Below are positions 1 to 12,592 of a stretch of DNA of 64,000 nucleotides, piece after piece (positions within the stretch are counted from its first letter, which is position 1; each line of letters starts with the position of its first letter). The stretch comes from Anthoceros angustus (lineage: Eukaryota; Plantae; Anthocerotophyta). The translations under genes and the position numbers were made by a program. The notes beneath the pieces were generated by a model, which saw only the letters and a program-made list of their open reading frames with translations, had not been told where the DNA came from and did not search any database. Location of the stretch: positions 248,001 through 312,000 of the forward strand of contig VJWM01000044.1 in the NCBI GenBank assembly GCA_010909165.1, read 5' to 3'.

Positions 1-95
1 GGTTTTGGTATTTGTGCACAACATGCCACCCCAGACAAAGGACGCATGTCATCATGCCTCCGATTGTGCCAGGCCGGGATGGTTAAAATTTCGAT

Positions 96-1900
96 GTGTA
101 CATGGCACCGGTAGATGAACTCAAGAGTTATGGAGGGGTGGACATGGAAGATTTCTCAATGCCGGTAAACCATCCTAAGAGGCATTTCGTTACGCTTCTC
201 GCACATCATTGCCGACACCGGGTTGGGTACCCTCACCGGATTGCAAGTGAGAGGAAGCGTGTCGATTGTCGGTGGACCTTGATTCTCGCTATTCCAGATT
301 TGAAAAGCCCGCTTTATGTCGGATCGCGCTGGCTACCAATGACAAAGGGACGGTGGGAGGATGCGATTGGTTTGATGGATCGGACCTCCGACCCAAACCA
401 AAGCCGCCAACGCTCGATGATATTGTGACGGCACGCAGAGAAGGCGACACCGCAGACGTCCGTCCGGGCAACTTTGGAACCGTGAGAATGTCGCCCTTGT
501 AGTCTCGCCATCAAGGCCACATGCTTGTGTGGGCGCCAAAGGATGTGATGCACGTGGAAAAACAATGCAGAGGCCATATGGCACACGCCGACGGAGAGCG
601 AGATGACATTGCGCGCATGGACATGGTAGCAAGCGGGGAAAAGATGGTTGTGGCTCAGGGTGACGATGGCCAATACCGCAGCGCCAGACGCTTTGTCCAA
701 ATCGACTTGAAGACCGTGATTGAGGGCATTAAACGCATCAAGTCGCCACGGCTATGGGTCCAACATAGCTAAGGTGGAAAGCGGGAAAGTTGGCAGCCTG
801 AAATGCCATGACTGGCACATTATGTTGGAAATCATATTCCCCATCGTCCTTCGGGGGTGCATAGAGCCAGAGGTGTACAAGGCGGTTGTAAAGCTAGGAC
901 GCCTTTACCGGTGGATTTGCCAGCGGACGATACCGAGTCGGGACATCCAAGCACAGCGCGAAGAGGCAGTGAGGGTAATGTGCTCTCTGGAGAAGCAATT
1001 TCCCCCGAAGATGTTTGATATATCAACCCACCTCATATTACACTTAGTGGACGAGGTGGCCGCAGCCTGGTTCACACTAGGTGGATGTACCCGGTGGAGA
1101 GGTATTTAGGATCCGTGAAGCGGATAAAGGCGATGCGAGACCCGAGTCCAGATAGCGGTGGGGTACATGCGTGAGGAGAGTTTGCATTTCGGCATGACAT
1201 TTCTCCGCTATTACGCCACGTGGGAGAAGCATGGACCGCAGATGAACGTATGGGGAGAAGGTGCTGTCGGTGTGCGTACATTATGGATGCCGTGGAGGCA
1301 CGCCAGCATACACATATGTGTTGTATCACAGAGGTGCCGCGTTCTCTTGGACATGTACGAGGAAGAAGTTAGGACAAACGGTGCAGGATGGTCGACGGAC
1401 TTTCGGTGGATATATGGAAGAAGGGCTCGAACGCATGGGATGGGCATCCTTGCATGACCCATGAAGTGACCGCAATCATGGATGGGCTGCAGCGGTGGCA
1501 TATAGCCACATGTGGAACAAAGGCGCCCACCTCAAAGGAGGCGGACAAACGCCGCGAGTACAAAGGAGTGCGGTGAGCCAAGTTTCTCATGATCGAGGGC
1601 GGCGGCGACATTGAAGAGGAGCGCCTGCTCTACGGCACATAGAACAAATACTCCGCTGCAGCTTCTCGCATGATTTTAAGCCAATTTTGTTGAAGGTTAG
1701 ATGGTACGAGTGTCACCGTGAGGGACAAGGCCATCGATGCGAAAGTCACCGGATTTGACATTGTAAATACGGAGAAAGTTTGTGTGTGGTGCGCTCAATA
1801 GATGGTCCGCTTTGTCCGCCATCGCAGTGACGCAGCATGTTGCATCCGGAGACGGGGATGACAACATAGGTGGGCCATCGCTGCCCACACCGCCGAGGGA
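96..1900 (+). pseudogene. CACTA transposase (Tnp2/TnpD-like), frameshifted C-terminal half
   Basis: ORF pieces PKDVMHVEKQC, LKCHDWHIMLEIIFPIVLRG and AVRVMCSLEKQFPPKMFDISTHLILHLVDEV match the DUF4218-type motif. KVRWY...TGFDIVNTEKV near 1700-1790 matches the DUF4216-type motif. Several frameshifts. Confidence 0.85.
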
Positions 1901-1961
1901 TGGAGGGACACGAGCGAGTGGAGAGCCATATAGCGCATGGCATGTGGCCTATGGACGCCGA

Positions 1962-2113
1962 GGATGGGGCAACCTCCCGGACCACTGACGAATGTAATGT
2001 GGCTCCATTGGAAGACAACGTAACCAACGTGACACTACGAAGATGGGGCAGAACCTCCCGGACTACTGACGAACGTAATGTGGCTCCATTGGAAGACAGA
2101 ACCAACGTGACAC
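1962..2113 (+). repeat. Tandem duplication, ~80-bp unit x2
   Basis: GATGGGGCA(GA)ACCTCCCGGAC(C/T)ACTGACGAA(T/C)GTAATGTGGCTCCATTGGAAGACA...AACCAACGTGACAC at ~1962 and ~2042. Confidence 0.85.
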
Positions 2114-3149
2114 AAATACCGTGGTCTTGATGTGTTCACATGACGACACCGATTATCGGCAATATGCAATGATGACCTTCTAGATCCGCACTCAATTGTG
2201 GGCAAGGGACTACAAGTTGTCGTAATATAAAACACTAGTCATTATGGCGAAGGAGAAAGGGCATGAGGACGCCGATTAAAAGCTTAATGATGACCCGACG
2301 AGTTTGCAAACAAAGGCTTTCCATATGAAGAGCTTTGAATTTTGGCGGCGACCTTGGCTTGGCAACTATCGTGAAGGGGCAAGCCAATGCCTTCAAGATG
2401 GCGCGGTGGCGCCCACCAACGGGCAATGGACAGGAAGGCGGGCGTGGAAGCGAGTTTGCGACATCGACACCGCTAGAGCACCATCGCCGCGGCGCCGACG
2501 GCCGCCGACGCCTATCCGTAGGTGGGTGGGGAGGATGAGAGGCAAGCTCGTCTCGAGCTACCTCGCTCATCCACCCCAGCCACCTAACACCTCTGATCCG
2601 AGCCGCGCGCGCGCCTCACCAGGCCACCGCATCCTACATAGACACACGGAGAGTTGTGAGGGACAAGGGAACATGGCAAACCAATGGCAGATTTGAGGAC
2701 ATGGAGACGTGGAATATCCCAGCCCCGACAGACGCGGACTTGGAGCATTGCGTCGCGAATTGAACGCAGTGGGTGACGATGCTTTGCTATCGATGAGGTG
2801 GGTGTTTCGAGATCGATTGACAAGAACGCCTTGTTCACAATTTTGTACACACGTTGATGCATGGCGACGCTATGTGCACGCTTGGCATGCCGGGCACTGC
2901 TCATGCAGCAGACATGTGGAGGCAGCCCATGGCAACACGGGAGGTGGTTGGGATGCGAAGGCAAAGAAACCGAGACGTGTCGGCAACCTGGGGGCGTGGT
3001 CCTGACGCGCGACCGCACAAGAATCGGATGAGGAATGGCGGTTCGCCAAGGGGAGGTGTGATGACAAGGGAGAGGAGGTGTGCTGAACCGGATGCCGATG
3101 GAGTGGTGTGAGGTGGACAACGATGCACTTGTGATGCCTTGATAAAAGG

Positions 3150-3930
3150 AATGGCGTGAAATGGTCAAGGAGGCAATGCAAAAGCAAAGGACAGGAAGGG
3201 AAGGGAATCCGATGTTGTTCTAGCGAAGGCACCAAGAGCTGGAAACCGGTGAGGACAAAGGTTGTGAATGAACTGGGAACATGGCAAGATGGCGCGACGT
3301 TCCCGAGGGGAGAAGGATTAGTGAAATCGGTGTCAAGCCTTCCCGACTGGTGGTGAAGTCCAAGATAAGCCGACACTTCTGAAATGACTCGCACGCAATT
3401 CTCGATGTGTGGAGGCCGCAAAGGCGGCATTAGAGGAGAGGAGGGGGGGAGGAGCGGGTAAGAAGCCGAGCATGGTGGACGAGGAGGAGTGGGAAGATGC
3501 CCTTGCTCGGCTCGGATGGAGCTGCAACGAACGGGAAGTTCGAGCCATCAAGTATGAACTTGCAGAAAAGAGAGGTGGCCAAAACGGAGGGGCCAAACCC
3601 TTGGGGCAAGGGAGGCGTCTGGATGGGTGCTTCGGTTTGAGAAGAAGCATGGGAGGTACCCAAATCAAGAGGAGGCTGAATTTGGGAGGTCAAGAGGACG
3701 ATCTCCATGCAACCTCTGTGGGCGGTTCGACAAAGGCGGGGTCTGTCCCGAGTTCATACTGGTAAGACATGGAATAACCGAACCACCCGGAGGTTCGGGC
3801 GGCTGGAGGACAAGGGAGATGAGAATTTTGTTGAACGACATGGAATTGGAGATGGATCCAGATGTGGCATTTAGACGAAGGATGGAAGACAGGGTGCACT
3901 GCAGGAGGTGGTGGTGTGGATGTGGGGGAT
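3150..3930 (+). pseudogene. Possible CACTA second ORF (TnpA/Ptta-like) remnant
   Basis: Fragments KRGGQNGGAKPLGQG and LRFEKKHGRYPNQEEAEF resemble the LGxGG...GRxP pattern of CACTA accessory proteins. The region lies between the transposase and the right terminus. Confidence 0.4.
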
Positions 3931-5599
3931 AAGTAGGAGGACGGTGGGAGAATGCATTGGGAGAGAGGAGGGAGACAAAACACGAAAGAGAAGCGGAGGG
4001 AGGGCAGCTTGGTCCGCCACGAAGGTGGGATGGTGGATGGTGGAAACAGTGTCGAGGAGGCTATGACGGGCAATGTGATCGTGGTGCCGACGACGCCACG
4101 ATCACCAAGGTGATGGAACGCCCATGCCCGGTGATAGTGTGAATGCCGAGAGTGTGAGAAGATGTGTAGGGAGAGGCGGCCGTGTGCGGACACGAACGGG
4201 TGTGCCCGTCACACGCTGCTGGCCGTAGGGAGGGACTTGGAATCACCGAAGCGGCCATGCCGGTCACGGAAGGAGGGTGTGTCAAGAGGGCAGCCGGGCG
4301 GGTGTGTTGGGAGGGTGCCCGTCATCGCCAGTGACGCGTAATCGCACATTGTGGACGGAGATGGGGTGAGGGAGTGACGAGTGAAAGACATGAGGGATGG
4401 AATCGGAGGGCGGATGAGAATTGCCCGCAATGGAGGCAATTGTGTCACACCAAGAAGGTATGCAAGGGCTGCGTGAACAAATGGGGTGGGAGAGGGAGAG
4501 GTGGCGAATGGAGGAGAGGCGGGGTCCGCAAGCGTAAGCCATGGTCGTGGTGGGGGCCAAAAGGCAGTGGCGAGGGAATTGTCGAGGGGAGGGAGAAAGA
4601 GGCACGGCAAAGGGGTACATTGATGGCGAACGCCAAACAACAAAGGGCGCAGTATGAGGAAGGGGACGAATTGAGGGCGTGCCTAACTGCGCATACATAC
4701 GCGCACGCCGTGAAAGCATGGACCTCTGCTGGGCCCCATTGGAGGCTACGCCACCTGTGACAAAAGGTGGAGGCCGAAAGAGGAAAGCGGGAGGTGGTGG
4801 GCATGCGGGGCCGTGGTGACAGGGGGCCGCCAGTGAAAGAGCGAGGATGGAAGGAGTGATGGGCAAGAGGTACATAAGAAAACAGATGTGGGAAGGTAAG
4901 CAATTGAAGGTCGTACACCACTATATGCCGCATATGAAGGGGGCTGCGATGTTTGTACCGTGGTGCGTGAGGACCGGAAGGGAGGTGGATGCGATGGAAA
5001 GGGAAAGCCGGGTCGCGAGAACGCAAGAGGAAGGGAGGAAGAAAATCGCAAAAGGGGTTGTAGGAGGTTTCCTTCTCATGCATACGATGAGGAGTAGGAA
5101 ATTAGAAATGAAGAAGCGCCATGTATGGAGCAAAGAACCTCACCGCGCAAAGCAAACTCCTAGGCGTAAGGACAAAGTAGTAAATGATAAGAAGGGTGGG
5201 CGAGCCATGGCAAGAAGCCGATGGGCATGGGGACAAGCCGCACGTAACGCCCGCTAGAGAAGGTAGGTTGCGCGAACGGACACAAAAATAGGTGGGTGAA
5301 ATGTGGGATGTATGTATCCGCAGTTTTCGATGAATGATGAATACAAAGTATAGTATCCTGACGTGTACAATTTACGTTAGCGTGGTGTCGATAACCTGTT
5401 TTATACAAAATGAAATATAACCGTATGTCATAGAAATTATCGATATGGCATATTACCAATACCAAGATTCTAATGTGTATGCATACATGTATTTATTTAT
5501 ATGTATTCATACGAGGTAATAAGGAAACCAAGTATTCTATATGGTAAATGTAGTAAAGGAGGAAGGTAGATGGGGAGGAGGTTCTACCAAGCCTCCAAA

Positions 5600-5864
5600 A
5601 GTGTTACAAGACTTTTCTTGTAACACTTTATATGTTGCAACTGTTGCAATCTTGAGAGAGGACAAAAGCGCCTCACTTCATCTCAACAAAATTGTAACAC
5701 ACTTGCAACATGGTTGCAACAAACACCCTATTTTGGTTTCCAAGACAAAGTGTAACAAGCGGCCCAAAAAGTGTTACATGACCCCAAAATTGCAACATAA
5801 GTGTTACATCCGGGGGTCCAAATCTTAACATAAAGTGTAACATAGGCTGCCTTTTCTAGTAGGG
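5600..5864. repeat. CACTA subterminal repeat cluster plus terminal inverted repeat
   Basis: About a dozen TGTTACA/TGTAACA/TTGCAAC(A) motifs in both orientations, immediately inside the terminus at 5845-5864. Confidence 0.8.
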
Positions 5865-6230
5865 TAGAGACCGTGTTGAAAGCGTTCTCGACGTCCATCT
5901 GCCGGACGACCCAATCTTGATGTGACTCTAGAACCGCCGCGATACCAAACGCTGCCAACTCACAACCCTCCGGAGTGGCAATCCCAAATTGGTGGGGGCA
6001 AAGATGTGCATGGAACTGCTCTCGAAGTTGGATTGCAACGCTGTGACCTATGAGGCATAAGAATGCCTTCCCAATGGTGATAGGTTGCATCCCAGGTGTG
6101 GGCTTCTCCATAGCCAGTGACGTACTGGCCCCCAACACCTAAGAGATCCGGTGAGGAGTTTCAACCCTGGCCACTGTCGCTGCCAGAATGAAGAGCTCCG
6201 AGAAACCGCTAGAAGGATCCCAGGAGCATG
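5865..6230 (-). mobile_element. CRE-clade non-LTR retrotransposon RT fragment, cut by the CACTA terminus
   Basis: LGASTSLAMEKPTPGMQPITIG...LCPHQFGIATPEGCE...DWVVRQMDVENAFNTVS shows the RT subdomain 1-3 pattern of CRE-like elements. The frame runs into the CACTA end directly after NAFNTVS. Confidence 0.8.
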
Positions 6231-6744
6231 AACCCATATGGTTCATGCCTCCCAGTGTGCATTCCTGCATTTGTTCATCCTAAGAAAAAGAGCAAAAATC
6301 TATCCTAAAAGAATCCCAAAAGTCCACTTCAGGAGGCAAGTGCGCGACTTTTCTAAAATTTTGACAATTTTTGAATTTTTTGGTATTTTTATATTTTTAT
6401 TATTTTAAAGGGTTCCTTTCGACGTTTTCAACCTTTTTTATGCACCTCCCTAATGTGGATATGTTCTTATCTTTACTTAGCCCTCATCCTTTTTCTAGTG
6501 GTTAAAACTTTGAACTAGTAGTGAGAACCTTTTGCATCTTTTGAATCTTGAGACGTTTGGCGTGGGCCCAGCTCCAAGTGTAGACCATGCCCCTCTCATT
6601 CTCGCGCTGCACACGGATCAAGAGCATCAGGTCAACGAAGATATTATTGTCCCAATGTCTAAGAAACAAAGTCCAGTAAAATTCTCAGAGCGAGAGTAGA
6701 GTCTTAGGATTAGTGGTATGAATGAAAGGTTAGTGCTGGCTGGA

Positions 6745-7691
6745 ATGGGTTTTTGCATCCGAGAAAGGGCCACATTTACCCTCTATGTCGTTATAGTCCT
6801 AGGATTCGATCCCAAGGGAATGGTTTTGTGTCAAGGTGTTAATCTATGGATTCTAGACCTACCCCGCTCACTACCCCACCTATCAGCTACCCTACCCCAA
6901 ACCCACCACCGTAGACTCGGCCACCGGTGGCTGGTTCGACCAACGTGGGTCCCACCAGCGCCGCTGTCGCGGTCTATTTGTCACCGGGCCTCGGGCGCAG
7001 ACCTTGGGGGCTATGGACATACACCTATATACACCTCACTTACTTCTAGGAATTTCTGCGATTCCACCGCACGCTTCCACTCCCCTCTCGCATTTCGATT
7101 TTCCCTCACACACTCACAATCCCTCAGCGCGCTCATCTACCCTTTGGGGAACCTTTCCTTCCTAATGAACTCTCCCCTCACCTCCACGGGCCACGGACCC
7201 CTCCTTGGCCACACACCCTCCTTGGGCCACCCTCCTTGGGCCCCACAGACCCCTCCTTGGGCCACCACGGACCCTCCTCTGGAATAAAACACAGTGGCGG
7301 CGGTTGGGAAGAGGATCGGGAAAAAACCCGGTCGGCTTGGGCGATTCGCCTTCGGCGATTCCGCCTCGGCCTTCAGCAATTCCTACCTCTTTTTCGGTAG
7401 CGCCGGCCTTCTCACCCGGGCGTGGAGCTTGGCCACTCCGCTCTCGACCATCCGAGGATCTTCCGGCCTTCTTGTAGAGAAGGCGGTGCGAACGAGTTTG
7501 ATCGTTGATGGGCGTCCAATCAACCTCGCATAGCTTCAACACACGGAAGTTCACACAAATTATGCATTGAGAGACTCTCAAGGGTCTCTTATACATTCGG
7601 TGTGGTCCACGACTCACTCCTAGGTGTCTAGAAAATATGGCCCACTACCACGGCGCTCCTTAAACTACTGACTCCACGGGTCCTCAAAACA
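6745..7691 (-). repeat. Probable 3' LTR of a Gypsy element (family B)
   Basis: 6770-6830 matches the LTR segment at 51393-51460, which is anchored by a PBS. The segment ends ...CAAAACA at 7691 and is followed by TCCTATCCCCTACCCC, the reverse complement of a purine-rich PPT. An internal CCCTCCTTGGGCCAC motif occurs about four times at 7195-7280. The left boundary is approximate. Confidence 0.55.
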
Positions 7692-8129
7692 TCCTATCCC
7701 CTACCCCAAAAAGCCTCGGCCTATGATGTCGCTCCTAAAATCGGTAGCGGCGTCATGATTCTTTGCCTAGCCCTGTGGTGGGGTTCCGTCGCTCTCGCTC
7801 TCACCTGCACGCCTGATCCGGCGATTCTCCCCAAAACCTCCACCTCGGCATCACTGCGGTTTCTTGGCGTCTTCCATGGTGCGTCTATAGGCCCTATGCA
7901 TTATTCCGCTCCTCATCATTTGGACAGCCACAGTGTGCTCCTCCCTCCGCCACGCGCTTGCTCATTTCCTCGATCACCACTTGGGGGTAGGCCCCGCTCC
8001 CGTTCGGAAGAACCAGTAGCGCCCGTGGCGGTCAAGATGTGCAATAGTTTACGCCCCTCTGTCCCAACAACCACATACACATTTAGAGTGAGCACCGCTC
8101 ACCATGCGGCGAAGCAGGACATGAGCATC

Positions 8130-10060
8130 CTCATCCAGGGCCCGTAGCACTGTCGCTCTTGACTGAGGTTCTTACCCTCTCCTCCCGTGGACAATCCTGA
8201 GCCGGCTGCCTTCCGGATTCCAGGGGGATCGTATCCCCACCTGCAGCGCTCCTGTCGGTGACTTCCCCCACCTCGGTTCCTCCTTCCGCGACGGTGGCCG
8301 GTTTAGCCACCGTGGTGGTAGTTTCCCCCACGGTGGTGGCTTCGGCTACTGCGGTTGCTGTGGCTCTGCCCTTCTTCGGTTTGGCCACCTCTCTCTTGAC
8401 TCTGGCCCTAGCTTCATCTCTCTCGCTTATATCTCTCATGACTTCTTGAATTTCTCAGGCGCCATTGTTTCCATTTGTTCACAGGCTCATGAGACCTCAT
8501 CTTGAAGCTCCTCGATTGTGGCATCGCCCCTTGACTGATTCACTAAGGCCTCTGTTGGGTGGACATGGGCCTTTGCTCATGCCTTGCATAGGGCCGCCTC
8601 GCATTCCGTCTGCGCTCCTCGCCACCTTGTTCTCGCCTTCGGGCTCTCCAACTTCTCCTTGAGCAACTTTTCCTGTTGGCCTGCACACTCGGCCCGGTGA
8701 GAGCCATGGGTGCTGGTCGAGGAGATCACTGCGTCGAGCCATGGCGAGTCGGGCTGATTCCCAATTGGGCTGCCCGTGCCCATTCCCTTCCACAACAATT
8801 CGCCTTGTCACTGTCTCTCCACTTCCCGGGGACGGGTCGGTGAAATGTCGCCAAAATGTTAGCTCCGTCGCGGACTTGGCTATCGAAACTAACCCCTCTT
8901 CTTCTAGGGGTTGGTTTGCCAACTTCCTCATCCGCTCCAATCTCTCCTAGCGGCGACTCCTCCCCACGAGAGGGCACAACTTGTCGTTCCCTTTTATTTT
9001 CTCCTCCTTCACTCGCGTTCCTGCTGATTTGACTGGTGACCCTAGGTGTGTGTGGGTTCCTCTTCTGCTGGTGTCCTTCCCTTCTTGACCCCGTTCGGTC
9101 GCCTCCGCTTCTTGCCCTTGAAACCTCCCACCTTCATCCAGATCTTCTAGGGGCGCATTCCCAACTGGAATCCTTCCGGAATCTTCCTTACACTCCTCCT
9201 CCTCTACCTTGAGTTCCACCGGTTTCCGGCTATGAAGGCGGAACCGACTTCCAACTCCGTTAGACACGAATCGCGAACACATGAATTAGAAAAGGTGAAA
9301 TCAAGGAGGGTCGAGGGAAGGGAAACAATTCGCCCTCTCCTCACAGGCTCTTCAAAGATCATCCAATCGATTTGGTACCTTTAACCACCTCATGAAGAAA
9401 GACCGAGTAGTGCCATATGATCCAACTTCGATTCTGCGAACACAAAATCCACTTGGCTAATCCCACAGTGCTTGAACGAGTTGGCGAGTCACCCATCCAT
9501 TGTTCACTCTCACTTCTCCGAGGCTTCATGGCGGCCTGCTCTCGGGTCTTCTTTCTCAGGGGTCAATTACCAAGCTTCCATCCTCGATGCTTCTCGCCCC
9601 CTGCTTTGCTCGAAAGAGTCCCAAATCCAGTTTGCGGCCTCTTCCTCGCGTCTCCCTCTTGCAACTTGGTTCTCAATTGCGGCGCACTCTTGCACCAATC
9701 TTTGGTCATCGTAACACCATTTCTTCTCCATAAATTCCGGACCCGCTCACGCAGTGCCGCTCTCACCTTCCGATGGTCCATGTTGGGCCTTGCATAGTAA
9801 ATTTGACCCTCGGCGCCATCTCCCTTTCTCCTTGTTTCTTGAAAAGAACCCGACTCCTGCAAGCGGGTGGGAAAAGGACACCACCCTCGCGCGTCTCCTC
9901 CACTTGCCTTTGGCGCTCTTGCCTCGTCTCTTTTCCTCCTTGCTACTTGTTTGGTTCTCTTCCTCCGCCCGCCCGCCCGTTCTGGCCCGGCGTCGTCCAC
10001 ACCTGCAGAGCGAGGCTCGGCGCGGTTGCATCGCCCGGCTTGCTTGCTCACTCCGGCTGG
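8130..10060 (-). pseudogene. 3' extra ORF of Gypsy family B (no pol motifs), frameshifted
   Basis: Minus-strand ORF pieces at 8131-8439, 8497-8940, 8947-9282 and 9563-10063 lie next to the PPT/LTR. Joining frames at 9340-9480 gives ESKLDHMALLGL / LHEVVKGTK / IDWMIFEE. Confidence 0.45.
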
Positions 10061-10714
10061 CACGGAATTCGCGACCTCGCGGTCTTTGGTGTGTCGTCTC
10101 TCGATTGCGCTCCGTATGCAGCCCGCTCCGCCACTAGGGTTGTAAACTCCCCACAGTGCATGCGTCCGTTCTTGACCCGTGGTGGGCGGCTACCTCCCGC
10201 TGCGCGTGGCGGTGTAGGCACCTAACATATATAGACACTTTCTTATTTCTAAAATCACCAAAACCCAAGGACTCTATCTCCTACCTATCCGGTCGAAAAA
10301 CCTAAGGTTCAAAAAAAATTATTATCCCAAGGGCCAAGGACCATTCTCGTATAAAAGACCTTACCAGGCGATTCTCAAAGCACCTTTGCTATACAAACAC
10401 TCCCAAAACAAAAAAATCGTTCATCCGACACTTGAGAGAGGGTTAGTGTATATGTGGTCTTCCATGCAAACAAGTTTGCGCGCAGTCTGAGCCTAAAACT
10501 CTAGCGTTTGTCGTCGGAATTATGAGAATGACCTTCTTTTAGGAAGACTTAGAATTGGATAAAGTTTAAAATCAAATACGTTTGTGCGTAAACAAGACCT
10601 AAACTCTTCAAACGGCCGCTTTTAGTGCGAATTTTTGTACGAATTTGGGGTTTGTAGTCCAAGCTATGCAAAAGGGTTACTAGAGAAACCCCTTTCTACT
10701 CAGACGTTGTTTAT

Positions 10715-12590
10715 GGTTCCCCGTCTACCCTTTACTTTCAAAGACCATCTAAGGAAGGTTCTTTGTCTTGGAACTGGTAAGGACAATGAGGTCAGATCCT
10801 TGGGGTTGCCCTCTTTGCCATTGCGTACTTCAAGGCCTTGGCCATTACTACCGATGCGATCGGGGAATGTCTCTTTCTGTCCGTGGCGGACGACACTCCT
10901 ATCTTAGGACCCGAGGGCAAGGTCAGGAAGGCTTTCGCACTCTTCTCCTCAGAGCTCTCCCGCATGGGTTTGAGGGTCAAGATTTGGTCCCGTCTGGTAT
11001 TACTTCCTCTCTCCAATTTCCTTGGGGAGACGTTGTTCCTTCGCAGGGACTTCGCATATTGGGGGTCCCCATGGGATCTACGACCTTCATTTAGGGTTTT
11101 ATGGATGAGGCTTTGAAGGAGGACTTGGCCCACGTCGGCGACCTGTCTCTATTAGGGGACCTTCAAGTGGTATTTGGCATCCTTTCATCCTGCTTCGCAC
11201 GTCGGCCAGGTTACCTCACCAGAATAGTGGCTCGCTCTCCATCTTTTCTATTAAGCTTGCGGAATTTCTCTTTACAGATTATGCAGGCACTTGGAGACAT
11301 TATCGGGTCGGGGACCTTCGAGTGTGCCTCAGGGGGCTTTGCGCAATGGCAGGCATCACTTCCTATCGCTTTTGGGCGCAGTGCATGGCCATGAAGGCCT
11401 CAGTCGTGACCTTTCCTTGGGCGGGCCCTCTCACCCCTGTCACTGCGTTTAATGCGGATGTTCTCATCTTAGAGGCCTTCGCCTCGTGCGTTGAGGAGGG
11501 GCCTTCCCTTCGTAGGCTTCCCTTAAGTTGGCCAAGGACTCCCTTTCCTCCAAGGCTAGGGCTAGGGCGGCCATGCCTCTCTTTTCTTCGTTTTCCGTGG
11601 AAGGGTTACGTGGCCTTCAAGCCTCTCTCCAGGAGAAGCAGTACGGGCAGGCGCAACGGGCAATCCTTCTGGACTCTACTATTCTTCGGCCTGTTCGTGC
11701 ACGCATCCGCTCTAGCTCGGGGAAGGGAGCAGGCTCGGCCTTGCATCCAAGCGTTCTGAATCGCACTAGCTTCTTTTTCTACTGCGATGAGGTTCCGCCT
11801 AGGTTTGGTTTCGCCTCTAGATTATTTTTTCTCAGCCTGCAGCTGTAGGGACCCCCTCGATGACTTAGGGACCCACCTGGCTCGATATCCAATTGGAGGG
11901 CAACATATCGCTATGCATGACGCCGTTCGCTACGTCATGTTCTCGATGGCCAAGAAGAGCGGTTATCTTTCCATACAGGGAGCATCCGTATACCATGTGC
12001 AATGGGGTGTCGCTCAGGGCAAATCTATTTCTAATCCGAGGGGACCAAATCTCTGTTGCGGATGTCGTCCTAACGGACCCTACCCAGAACTCCATTTGTG
12101 AGCATGTTATTATCAACCCTCCGGGCTGGGCGGCGGAGGGATCCACGACTACCAAGGTATATAAGTACACACCTTTGCAGGATGGCCATGCCTTCATCCC
12201 CCTCGCCATTGAGACTCATGGGGCTATGGGCAAGGATTTTTCCCGGCTCATTAAGGATTGTGCTAAAGCCTACCATAGTCGTCGGAATGGGGCACCTGGG
12301 TCTCCCTCTTCCTCGGTGGTGGCTTTCTTTCGACACCAGGTATCCATCACCCTACAAAGGGCGCTATCCAATGCTATTTACAGGATGGCAACGAGCGTAG
12401 GAGACGTGGCGTCATCAGCACCAGTTGTAGGTAGGCCTTTCTTCATCTTGGACCACGACATAATCGGGGCGGTAGGTAGTTTCGGGGTTGGCATTTGTGG
12501 GGGCTAGACTTCTGACTTGGCCCTTTATCGCCTGGATTGTCCCCCTCACGTAGATGGGTTTTCCCATCTCTTCTTTGTAATAAAATCTCC
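10715..12590 (+). mobile_element. 5'-truncated CRE-clade non-LTR retrotransposon: RT C-terminal half, Zn-knuckle and restriction-like endonuclease
   Basis: YGSPSTLYF, a frameshifted QGDPLG-like region, LFLSVADDTPILGP and GLRILGVPMGS (RT); CSC...HLARYP...HIAMHDAVR (CCHC-type remnant); VADVVLTDP...KYTPLQDGHAFIPLAIETHGAMG...VSITLQRA (REL, PD-(D/E)xK type). Ends near AATAAA at ~12579. Confidence 0.85.
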
Positions 12591-12592
12591 AT

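Larger units (their letters stand above)
1..5864 (+). mobile_element. CACTA/En-Spm DNA transposon, right part (left end lies outside the window)
   Basis: Tnp2-like transposase at 96-1900, a TnpA-like remnant at ~3150-3930, clustered subterminal repeats at 5600-5845, and a terminal ...GGCTGCCTTTTCTAGTAGGG at 5845-5864. The reverse complement, CCCTACTAGAAAAGGCAG, is one base from the canonical CACTACTAGAAAA terminus. Confidence 0.8.

Noticed and set aside
6490-6523. Second CACTA terminus (AACTAGTAGTG)
   Set aside because: Only ~9 bp match, with no subterminal array or partner end.
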